From a virus, in IMG/VR virus record IMGVR_UViG_3300045988_076436: a DNA stretch of 64,000 bases; one strand, 5' to 3'. Every line of letters begins with the position of its first letter. The first letter of the stretch is position 1. The notes beneath the pieces were generated by a model. The model was given only the letters and a program-made list of their open reading frames with translations. It made no database searches and was not told the origin of the DNA. The translations under genes were made by a program, and so were the position numbers. Of this stretch, positions 1-8,110 are shown piece by piece.

Positions 1-127
1 TCGAGCGTATCACTTCATTCAACGACAAGGTGTCAATATCCTCATCGCTGATGAGCTGCTCACTGGTCTTGTTCTCGTCTATGGCGATGCGAACATCTTG
101 CTCCACGACTTCGATTTTGTACACCAT
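1..127 (-). CDS. hypothetical protein, N-terminal part only (ORF runs off the left edge)
   Basis: ATG at 127 (minus), 11 nt after the stop of the 139-831 gene. The frame stays open to nt 1 (MVYKIEVVEQDVRIAIDENKTSEQLISDEDIDTLSLNEV...). Same strand and tight spacing as the head module. Confidence 0.4.
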   Translation of the reverse strand, partial: MVYKIEVVEQDVRIAIDENKTSEQLISDEDIDTLSLNEVIRS

Positions 128-138
128 ATCGTCATTCC

Positions 139-831
139 TTACTTCTCGTTGACAAACGTGATTTTCACTCCGTAGGTCGCGCCAACGGCCTTGATGTCCT
201 CACGGTTGCGCATCGAGCCGGGCTTCACGCCAAAGTTCTTGAAGATGTAGTCCTTGGCCTCTTGGTTGTCGGTGAACTCCACCTCGGTCTTGCCCTCTGC
301 CGTATTGTCCTCGGCTGCGGTTTCTTCGCTTGTGGTGTCCTCTTCGGCCTCCTCTTCTGTGATGTCAGCCACCTCGTCCTCGATAGTTTCCGCATCTGCC
401 TCGTCCGTTGGTGTTACAACACCTGCGTTTACCTCCTCTGTCGGCTCGTCTGCCGTTTCCTTGGTGTCAGCGTCCTCCGTCACAGGCGTAGTATGGCTTG
501 AAAAGGCTTCAGTAGGCTTATTGTCAATCACAGCCTTTGCCGCAACCTTTGCCGTCCGTGTGCTCGGCTTGGCAGGGTTGCGCTCAATATGCAGCTCCTC
601 GTCAAGCTCAATGGTGCTCACCACATGTATGCGGCCTTTCTTGAAATCGCTGCTGTTCTCTATCGCGTGCTGCACGATGAAGTCGCTTGTCGTGTACTGT
701 GCAGGGTTCTGTCCCATGGCGGTAATGGAGCCGTCCGTGAACATTACTTTGAGTGTGGCTCTGCCTATCTTGATAATGGCTTGGTATTCCATCATGCCGT
801 ACACTCCGTAGGTTATTCTCTTCTTTTTCAT
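139..831 (-). CDS. hypothetical head-module protein with acidic E/D/T-rich central tract
   Basis: ORF-track frame 139-870. I prefer ATG 831 (MKKKRITYGV...) because ATG 870 lies inside the loop of the hairpin that follows the capsid gene. No recognisable catalytic motif; the call rests on position after the capsid candidate. Confidence 0.55.
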   Translation of the reverse strand: MKKKRITYGVYGMMEYQAIIKIGRATLKVMFTDGSITAMGQNPAQYTTSDFIVQHAIENSSDFKKGRIHVVSTIELDEELHIERNPAKPSTRTAKVAAKAVIDNKPTEAFSSHTTPVTEDADTKETADEPTEEVNAGVVTPTDEADAETIEDEVADITEEEAEEDTTSEETAAEDNTAEGKTEVEFTDNQEAKDYIFKNFGVKPGSMRNREDIKAVGATYGVKITFVNEK

Positions 832-844
832 TTTTGTTGTCTGA

Positions 845-886
845 TTATTATAAATAAAGGCGGACGGCATTGCTACCTATCCGCCT
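845..886 (-). terminator. hairpin plus T-rich tail after the capsid candidate (terminator/attenuator)
   Basis: Minus strand AGGCGGA(886-880)...TCCGCCT(864-858): 7-bp stem, 15-nt loop, followed by TTATTTATAATAAT. Confidence 0.5.
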
Positions 887-921
887 CTATTGGTTGATGA
901 TTGGTTTAATTAAACTTCGGA

Positions 922-2439
922 TTACTCGGTGGCCATCACATCACCTGCATACTCCACCCATGCTGCGCTCTTGTACTGCCACATCTGGCCGCACACGGCT
1001 TCCGCGTTGATGGCAGGGCAGTCCTGCAACAGATAGTACACGCCACCCTCAACAGGGCTTTCGGGTGCTTCCGCGCTGTCCCAAAGGTGGATTTGCGTTG
1101 CGCTGGTGTTCTCGCTGTCACCCTCACCGTTGATCCAGATATGGCACGAGCCTTTGAGTGCGAGTGCGTCCCACACAAGCATCGACTCGCGTGTTGCCTC
1201 CTCGCCCTCCATGCGGTCTTTCGATGAGTGCTCGGCCGAGTACTGGTAGTGTACGAGGCGGTCGGGCGCAACGATGAACGCAGAGTTGCTCCACTTCAAG
1301 CGGTCAAGTGTCGGGTCGTGCTTGAACTCGATGTCTCCGAACACGGTGTGGAAGTTGGTCACTACCCAGCCTACAGGGTTGGTCTTGGTCGAAATCTGAA
1401 TTTCCGGGTGCTTAGAGTAGTCGATGCACTGGATGTTCTCCAAGAAGTTCTTGCCTGCAAGGGCTATCACGCTCTTGGGCACGTCCTCGCCTGTAAAGGT
1501 CATCTTCGCCAAGGCGATGATTTCCTCAATCGTCCACTTGCCTGTGTGCTGGATTTCCTTCTTCACTTGGTAGCGCACACCCTCGGTACAGTACACATAC
1601 TGCACTCCTGCCTTTTCGGTCTGCACCTTGAACTTGCCCTTGCGTCCTGCGTAGAGCGTGCGGTTGCCGCGCACCTTGAAGTTGGTGATGGCGGCCTCTG
1701 CAATCACAGCCTTGCCGAATGGAATTTTCTTCTTCTGCGCCTCGTAGTAGTCAGATACAATCTGGTTCATGCCGCGCTTCTGAAGATACACCGTCTGTCC
1801 CTGTGGAACGATGAGGTCGGGGTCAACCTCTTTCTGCGTCTCGTAGAGGGCGTTGGAGAGGATGATGAATGTTGTGCCCTGCGGAATTTCGGGCGTAGTG
1901 CAATACTCGTCCGTGCTGTTGGTCTTCGGACCGTTCACGGCTCTGCAGATGGGGTTGCCCGATGCAGGGTCGTGGCCTGTCACGAACAGCATGAGGTCTT
2001 TGCCCGGTGTCTTGGTCGTTCCGTCCTCGGCATAGCCGTCCACGCCCTTGGCGAGCAGCGTGCCGTAAGGTCTGGGAATTTCCGCATCGTTGGAGAGCAA
2101 CGGCAGGATGAACTGCTTGGCTGTTCCTGCGGTCACCTTGGTTGTCGATGTCACGCTGGAGCGCGGCTCGTCAATCATGTAGTGCTCCACCTCGGGCGAA
2201 TTCACCTTTACTTTCTTCGCTTTCAGCATGAGCTGCATAAGCGGTGTGTCGTCACTCTTGAACTTGTAGAGTTCCTGGTCGAGGTCGCTCTGTACGAGGT
2301 TGCCCGGACCGACTCCGCCAGTCGCATCTGCCACTCCGCTGATGGTAGTGGGTGCTCCCGACACTTGGCTTGCTACACCGGCTGTGCCCGGTGTTGGGGT
2401 GAGATTTTTACCACCTACTTGTACGGTTTCTCCGTCCAT
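922..2439 (-). CDS. major capsid protein candidate
   Basis: 505-aa ORF with ATG at 2439. It lies downstream of a scaffold-like gene and upstream of a hairpin terminator, in the same block as portal and terminase. Call is by size and synteny only, with no motif-level proof. Confidence 0.6.
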   Translation of the reverse strand: MDGETVQVGGKNLTPTPGTAGVASQVSGAPTTISGVADATGGVGPGNLVQSDLDQELYKFKSDDTPLMQLMLKAKKVKVNSPEVEHYMIDEPRSSVTSTTKVTAGTAKQFILPLLSNDAEIPRPYGTLLAKGVDGYAEDGTTKTPGKDLMLFVTGHDPASGNPICRAVNGPKTNSTDEYCTTPEIPQGTTFIILSNALYETQKEVDPDLIVPQGQTVYLQKRGMNQIVSDYYEAQKKKIPFGKAVIAEAAITNFKVRGNRTLYAGRKGKFKVQTEKAGVQYVYCTEGVRYQVKKEIQHTGKWTIEEIIALAKMTFTGEDVPKSVIALAGKNFLENIQCIDYSKHPEIQISTKTNPVGWVVTNFHTVFGDIEFKHDPTLDRLKWSNSAFIVAPDRLVHYQYSAEHSSKDRMEGEEATRESMLVWDALALKGSCHIWINGEGDSENTSATQIHLWDSAEAPESPVEGGVYYLLQDCPAINAEAVCGQMWQYKSAAWVEYAGDVMATE

Positions 2440-2467
2440 GTCTTGAAATTTTAGTTTGTGAATAATG

Positions 2468-2638
2468 TTATTTGCTATCGGTCTGTGCGAGGTTGCCGGG
2501 GGCTATACCGCCTGTCGCGCTCGCGAGATTGCTTACTGATGCCATTGCGCCCGGCAATTGGGTGCAAAGTCCTGCGCTACCCTTGGTGGAGCGCAGCGTC
2601 TTTCCCTCCGGGGGAAACTTCACGACTTCTCCTTTCAT
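2468..2638 (-). CDS. small ORF (56 aa) between scaffold and capsid genes
   Basis: Not in the ORF track (<60 aa). ATG 2638 is 3 nt after the scaffold stop, TAA at 2468-2470. Sequence MKGEVVKFPPEGKTLRSTKGSAGLCTQLPGAMASVSNLASATGGIAPGNLAQTDSK. Its C-terminus mimics the capsid N-terminal segment ATGGVGPGNLVQSD. Confidence 0.4.
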   Translation of the reverse strand: MKGEVVKFPPEGKTLRSTKGSAGLCTQLPGAMASVSNLASATGGIAPGNLAQTDSK

Positions 2639-2641
2639 GGG

Positions 2642-3382
2642 CTACATCGCTTCATTAGCAAGGTCAAATATGCTCTGTTGCTTCTTCTGCTGTGTGGGTG
2701 AGCCTCCGTTCTTTCCGTTGAGCGGTGCTGTGCCGTCTCCCTTGTCGCGCTTGCGCAGTCCCTCCACAATCTTGTCGTTTCGTCCTGCCACACGTCCCTC
2801 CTCGCCAGCGTTGGCTACATCGGCATCATGGTTGATGGCATTCACAAACAGCTCCAAGGTCTCGCGTGAGAACTTGCCCATCACTCCGTCCTTGACAACG
2901 GTGAGCATAGCATTGGCCACCTCGTCTATCTGCTCGTCTGTCATGCCGCGCTCCTCTTGGAACTGGCGCAGGGTCTCAAGCGTTGCGTCCATGTTCTTCT
3001 CATACTCTTCATCGAGCTGTTTCGACTTGGCCACACGCTCCACATACTCCTTGTTAGCCTCGGCTATCTTGTCCTGCATCTCGGGGTCGTCAAGCACGTC
3101 CTTGATGTCCACTCCGAAATTCTTCACAAGGCCGAGCACAGGGTCTTGGCCGTTGTGCATGTCGGCAAGAAACTGCGCACTCCTCGGGTCTGCGGCAAAC
3201 ATGTCGGACATGGCTTTCTCCCTGCCCTTGTAGCCGTCAAGGTCGTGCTCGTATTGGTCGTAATCATCGGAGATCTGACCATAGATTTCCTCATCGTCCT
3301 CGAACTTCTTGTCGGGGTATTTCTTTCTCAGCCGCTCCAGCTGCTGGTCGCGTCTGCTCTTAACTCCATTGTTTTCAGCCAT
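2642..3382 (-). CDS. head scaffolding protein candidate
   Basis: 246 aa, highly acidic and helical (EEYEKNMDATLETLRQFQEERGMTDEQIDE...), with a basic Q/K-rich tail. It sits just upstream of the capsid candidate. Confidence 0.55.
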   Translation of the reverse strand: MAENNGVKSRRDQQLERLRKKYPDKKFEDDEEIYGQISDDYDQYEHDLDGYKGREKAMSDMFAADPRSAQFLADMHNGQDPVLGLVKNFGVDIKDVLDDPEMQDKIAEANKEYVERVAKSKQLDEEYEKNMDATLETLRQFQEERGMTDEQIDEVANAMLTVVKDGVMGKFSRETLELFVNAINHDADVANAGEEGRVAGRNDKIVEGLRKRDKGDGTAPLNGKNGGSPTQQKKQQSIFDLANEAM

Positions 3383-3475
3383 TATCTTAACTTTCTTATG
3401 ATTGTGTAATATTCGTATGCAAAAATAGCCATATAAGAGGTGGACTGACTTTTAACTTTTGTGAGTTGCGTTGAG

Positions 3476-3483
3476 TACCTTTG
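3476..3483 (+). promoter_or_regulatory. Bacteroidota-type -7 box TAccTTTG
   Basis: Perfect TAnnTTTG 24 nt upstream of ATG 3507, in the divergent intergenic region 3383-3506. A conserved 16-mer GACTTTTAACTTTTGT lies just upstream (3447-3462). Confidence 0.45.
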
Positions 3484-3506
3484 TATAGAACAGAACCGTG
3501 ATTTTT

Positions 3507-3956
3507 ATGAAATACTTTGGCAGCATATTGGATTTTACAAGGGAGCGCAATGCCGACCTTATGAGGGTGTACCGCGACAGACTTGCCGAGGCAAGCATCA
3601 TCATCATGCCTGTTATCTTTCAGTTGGTGGCCGACTCTCCAGCTTCGCGTTTCTGGGTGAGCGAGGAGCGCGCGGCCATTGTCATTTCCGCTATGGCGGC
3701 AGGAAAGCCCATGCCGCGAATGAGGAGCAACAAGCGTGAGATGTTCGAGGAGATTTACCGCAGATACCTCCTCATGCGTGAGGATTATCCCGACAAGTCG
3801 GTCTATGAGTTGGTTACGAAGATAGTCAATCAACCTGCGCCCAAGTTCTACCTCACGCCTCGCACGGTCGGGGAGTTTATTTACCGCATAAAGAATGGAT
3901 GGTATGACAACCAATACGATAGATACAGAGATTGCCGCACTGCTTGCGGAGAATGA
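3507..3956 (+). CDS. small DNA-binding protein (small-terminase or Mor-like late-activator candidate)
   Basis: ORF-track 3498 is a GTG; the first ATG is 3507 (MKYFGSILDF...). C-terminal helix-turn-helix-like FYLTPRTVGEFIYRIKNG. Located directly upstream of, and overlapping, the large terminase. Confidence 0.5.
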   Translation: MKYFGSILDFTRERNADLMRVYRDRLAEASIIIMPVIFQLVADSPASRFWVSEERAAIVISAMAAGKPMPRMRSNKREMFEEIYRRYLLMREDYPDKSVYELVTKIVNQPAPKFYLTPRTVGEFIYRIKNGWYDNQYDRYRDCRTACGE

Positions 3957-6024
3957 CAGGCGCAATGAAATCATGTTCGCCAAGTTTGACCCTGTTACTG
4001 GTGAGGGGTCTATTGGTAAACGTGTCCGTGTCAGCATTGCCGACTTTGCCATTCCTGTTCAGTGGTTGCCTGTGGAGATGATGGATATTCCGCTTGTCAA
4101 GAAGTTGGTCAAGGCTGGCTCTATCGACAAGTTTCTCTCGTCCGTGATGCACGTTGAGCCGAATGACGATGACTTCATCAAGGTGTCGCGCACGCTCATA
4201 CGCTTGCGCTACAAGCACGACTTTCCTTTTTGGACGGCTACGCTCGTCTATATCCACAACAAGGATGCAGGAAAGGACGTGCTTTTTCGTCTGTGGTATC
4301 CGCAGCGCATCCTCGTGTCGCGCTTTGAGGCGAAACGAAAGGCAGGATTACCTATCCGTCTTATTCTCTTGAAAGCGCGTCAGTGGGGCGGCTCCACGAC
4401 TGTGCAGCTCTACATGGCATGGTTGCAGTTCTTCCACAAGAAAGGTCTCAACTCACTCATCATCGCCCACCAAGGCACGGCATCGGACGAAATCAAGGAT
4501 ATGTTCGACCTCATGATTAAGAAACACCCGGTGGAATTTCTTCACAAGTTGGGTGAGGTCTATTCGGAGAACGAGCCTAAGTTGGTCGGTGTCGGCAAGT
4601 CGGGTTCTACGTACCGTGTGCCACAACGAGACTGCAAGATTAAGGTGGGTACTGCCGAGCGTCCTAACGGTTGCCGTGGCGGTGCTTACTCGTTGGTGCA
4701 TCTTTCCGAGGTAGGTCTGTGGAAAAAGACGGAGGGCAAGTCGCCCGAAGATATTGTGCGTTCCGCTTGCTCTGGTATTCTTGCACGACCTTACACAATG
4801 ATTGTCATGGAAAGTACTGCCGATGGTGTTGGCACTTACTTTGATGCAGAATATACGGCCGCTGCTGACCCTACTGTCAAGTCACAGTTTGAGGCACTTT
4901 TTATTTCTTGGTTTCAGATTGAGCATTACTCGCGTCCTTTCGACTCTGCCGAAGAACTACGCGCCTTTGCCAAATGGCTTTGGGAGAACCGCAACAATGC
5001 CTACACTCCGTCCAATCGTGAGGAGAGTGGACGCTATCTGTGGTCGTTGTGGGAAAAGGGGGCTACACTGGAGGCTATCCATTGGTATATATACGAGCGT
5101 GCTGGTAAGAATGACTTTGCGGTGATGGCTGCGGAGTTTCCGTCTGACGATGTGGAGGCGTTTGTTCATGCAGGTACAATGGTGTTCGACAAGTATCTTG
5201 TCAAGCAGTTTGAGCCATATTGCCGCAAGCCTAAGTTTGTTGGCGAGGTCTATGCCGATGCCGACGAGGGCGAGGAGGCTCTTTCCAATCTCCGTTTCCG
5301 TGAGGACAGGCAGGGCTTACTTTCCATTTGGGCTATGCCCGAGAAGTTTGACGATTACGAGGTTACCGACCGCTACCTTACCGTGGTCGATGTGGGCGGA
5401 CGCTCCAACAAGGCGGACTGGTCTGTCATCGTGGTGTTCGACCGTCTGAGCATGATTGACGGCAGTGAGCCTCCGTCTGTCGTGGCGCAGTGGTACGGCC
5501 ATTGCGACATCGACCGCCTCGCATGGCGTGCCGCGCAGATTGCTGCTTTCTACAACGACTCGCTGTTGGTCATCGAGTCCAACACCTTGGAGACGCACGA
5601 CAAGGAGCGACAGGTGGAGGGTGGCGACCAGTCGCAGTATATCCTCAATCAGATTTCAGACATCTATCCCAATCTCTACGCTCGCAAGCAGTCCGAGGAC
5701 GAGATACGCGAGGGTGCGCCTCGCAAGTATGGTTTCCACACGAATGTGGCCACCAAGCCGATGATTATCTCTACCTTGGTCAAGGTCATTCGCGAGCGTC
5801 TGTATATCGAGCGCGATAAGCGGTGTCTTGACGAGTACGACACTTATGAGCGCAAGCCGAATGGCGCGTATGGTGCTATTGTCGGCAAGCATGACGACTT
5901 GCTTATGACGCGTGCCATCGGTCTGCACATCTGCTATCGCGAAATGGAGATGCCCGAATTTGTGCCTATCACAAACCGCACACTCCGAAAAGACAGAAGC
6001 CCCGTCTCCGAGGCTTCCATATAG
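3895..6024 (+). CDS. terminase large subunit
   Basis: 709 aa. ATPase P-loop variant ILLKARQWGGSTT typical of TerL, and a C-terminal RNase-H-like nuclease region (YLTVVDVGGRSNKADWSVIVVFDR, LLVIESN). The true start may be ATG 3973, 17 nt after the upstream stop. Confidence 0.85.
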   Translation: MDGMTTNTIDTEIAALLAENDRRNEIMFAKFDPVTGEGSIGKRVRVSIADFAIPVQWLPVEMMDIPLVKKLVKAGSIDKFLSSVMHVEPNDDDFIKVSRTLIRLRYKHDFPFWTATLVYIHNKDAGKDVLFRLWYPQRILVSRFEAKRKAGLPIRLILLKARQWGGSTTVQLYMAWLQFFHKKGLNSLIIAHQGTASDEIKDMFDLMIKKHPVEFLHKLGEVYSENEPKLVGVGKSGSTYRVPQRDCKIKVGTAERPNGCRGGAYSLVHLSEVGLWKKTEGKSPEDIVRSACSGILARPYTMIVMESTADGVGTYFDAEYTAAADPTVKSQFEALFISWFQIEHYSRPFDSAEELRAFAKWLWENRNNAYTPSNREESGRYLWSLWEKGATLEAIHWYIYERAGKNDFAVMAAEFPSDDVEAFVHAGTMVFDKYLVKQFEPYCRKPKFVGEVYADADEGEEALSNLRFREDRQGLLSIWAMPEKFDDYEVTDRYLTVVDVGGRSNKADWSVIVVFDRLSMIDGSEPPSVVAQWYGHCDIDRLAWRAAQIAAFYNDSLLVIESNTLETHDKERQVEGGDQSQYILNQISDIYPNLYARKQSEDEIREGAPRKYGFHTNVATKPMIISTLVKVIRERLYIERDKRCLDEYDTYERKPNGAYGAIVGKHDDLLMTRAIGLHICYREMEMPEFVPITNRTLRKDRSPVSEASI

Positions 6025-6090
6025 AATCAGTAAAGCCCCACAACGTCCCTTTGGCTTAGTCGCCTAAGGAGGCTTAGTGAGGCTTATTTT

Positions 6091-8103
6091 TTATGTCGGT
6101 TGCATCATCTGCTGTGCCTGGTTCACGGCTTGCATGTTCGCTCCCTGCTGAACCTGCTGTGCAAGTTCTGGCGACATTCCGTCCGGCACTTGCCCTTGCT
6201 CCAACTGCTCCCTCTGCGACTTGATGCTCTGCAGCAACTCGTCTGCAAATGGGAAATCTCCGTGTTCAAGCAACTGCTCCACACTGATTGCCTTGGCTTG
6301 CCACAACTGCATGAGCATGTCGTTGGTCAAGGCGCGGTAGGCTGGCGTGGCGGTGCTTTCCACAATGCTTAGGTCAAACTCCACATCGCGTATCTTCCGT
6401 GGATCGTACTCCACGATGGTGGAGTTCTTTCCTGCAATGTTGAATACGCGCGGTGTGTCGTAGAACTGCTGTATGTTCTTCACGTCCTTGTACGCTCCGT
6501 CTCTGATGAATGCCGAGAACGTGTCGAGCAGGTCAAGCAGCGAGGTGGTGGCGTTCTGCGCCTGTTGGTTATACAGACTGGCTGACATGCCCGAATAGCC
6601 GGGCTTGCCCTGCAACGCTCCGTTCACGCCCGATATGTCCTCGAAGAACTTCAGCTGCATGTTCAGCAACTCCGAGATGCCTATCTGCGTGCAGTTGTTG
6701 GCTATCTGCTGCGGCAGTGCCTGTCCTGCCTTGGGCTGCTTTATCATGATGATGCCGTTGAACCTTGCCCACTCGTCCGCAACATCTTCCATCGACATGC
6801 CCTTGGGCAGACATTCTTCCGGGAACAGCAGCACACCCTTGGCTGACGCTCGCATTATCCAGTCGTACATCGTTATCAAGCGGTTGGTGTACCGCTGCTG
6901 GTCTATCACGTTGCTCACAAACGAGTGTATCTCTCCGTCTATGAATGGGTATGCCTTGAACACATAGGGGTGGCTCTTGTGCTCGTAGGGTGTCTCGCCC
7001 TCTTCAAGTATGTCTCCGAATGGGGTGAGCATGTAGTAGTACCAGTATGAGTCCATGAACCACTCATAGCGGATAAGCGGCACATCGTCCTCGCTCATGC
7101 CCAACTCTCGCGCCTGTTGCAGTCGCTTCTCATTCTCGTCAAGCACAAGTTCCTTGAAGTCCTCCATGTCCACCTTGAACACGTCTCCGTTGTTCACGTC
7201 ATGGCAGCGCACTCTCTCCTTGCTTTCCTTGCGCCACACCTCAATTACCCTGCATCGGCTCTGGTCGTAGGGCACGAGGAAGTCGTAGTAGCCTTGCAGG
7301 GGATAGCCGAAGTTGTCATACATGGCACTGAGATACGATTTGTCCTTGGCATACTTGTATATCTCGGCCAGTCGGTCGTAGTCGGCCTTGCTGTGGGCAA
7401 AGCGTCCGCACAAGTCCTCAAACGAGATGTCGTGTATCTCGCCCAAGCAACTGCAATCCCAACCTCTAAAGTCCCTCATGTTGTTGTCGATGAAGAAATT
7501 GTTGGGCTGCACATAGTCCGTCCAGCAGTCCAGCTTGTTTTCTCGCCAGCCGTACCACTTCCGCTGCACCACAAATCCCGATATGAGGAACTCTTCCATG
7601 CACCTTGCGTTTATCTCGGTCATGCGGTTCAGCTGCATGTTGCATTGCAGCACGGTACTCATGGTTTCGCCATACCGTTGCTCGTCTCTGTCTCTTGCCG
7701 TGCAGGTCGGCTCTTTGGCTTGGCTGCGGTACACGCCAAGCACGGCTTGCACCATGCGTCTGATGAGGTTGTTCTTCAGCGGCACGTTGCCTTGTTTCTT
7801 GATGAGTTCCTCTTCCTTCATCATCTTGCCGTTCACGCATACATAGTCATCCCACTGTCTACCGTAGGTGTAGTTTTTGTTCCTCTCACGGTCTCTGCGG
7901 AATGTCTCCATCGCAAGCCAATACTGCTGTGCTTGCCACAACACCTCAAAGGCACGGTTATTGCCCATCGTGCGCCTTGCATGGCTCACGCTGTCCAATT
8001 CCTTTTGCGGCATCACACGGCTCATTCTATGTAGTTTCTTTGTTGCCATATTCATTGTGTAATTTGGGACGATGCAAAGGTAATCCCTTGCACCGTCCCT
8101 CAT
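6091..8103 (-). CDS. portal protein candidate
   Basis: 670 aa. ATG 8103 is 7 nt after the stop of the giant ORF, and the gene is convergent with the terminase. It has YTYGRQWDDY near the N-terminus and a Q-rich C-terminus. Call rests on size and synteny. Alternative starts at 8055 and 8049. Confidence 0.65.
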   Translation of the reverse strand: MRDGARDYLCIVPNYTMNMATKKLHRMSRVMPQKELDSVSHARRTMGNNRAFEVLWQAQQYWLAMETFRRDRERNKNYTYGRQWDDYVCVNGKMMKEEELIKKQGNVPLKNNLIRRMVQAVLGVYRSQAKEPTCTARDRDEQRYGETMSTVLQCNMQLNRMTEINARCMEEFLISGFVVQRKWYGWRENKLDCWTDYVQPNNFFIDNNMRDFRGWDCSCLGEIHDISFEDLCGRFAHSKADYDRLAEIYKYAKDKSYLSAMYDNFGYPLQGYYDFLVPYDQSRCRVIEVWRKESKERVRCHDVNNGDVFKVDMEDFKELVLDENEKRLQQARELGMSEDDVPLIRYEWFMDSYWYYYMLTPFGDILEEGETPYEHKSHPYVFKAYPFIDGEIHSFVSNVIDQQRYTNRLITMYDWIMRASAKGVLLFPEECLPKGMSMEDVADEWARFNGIIMIKQPKAGQALPQQIANNCTQIGISELLNMQLKFFEDISGVNGALQGKPGYSGMSASLYNQQAQNATTSLLDLLDTFSAFIRDGAYKDVKNIQQFYDTPRVFNIAGKNSTIVEYDPRKIRDVEFDLSIVESTATPAYRALTNDMLMQLWQAKAISVEQLLEHGDFPFADELLQSIKSQREQLEQGQVPDGMSPELAQQVQQGANMQAVNQAQQMMQPT

Positions 8104-8110
8104 TGTTTAA

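Noticed and set aside
3396-4052. 218-aa minus-strand ORF spanning the divergent promoter region and the terminase start
   Set aside because: It overlaps two well-supported plus-strand genes and a promoter region, and its translation has no features. Likely spurious.
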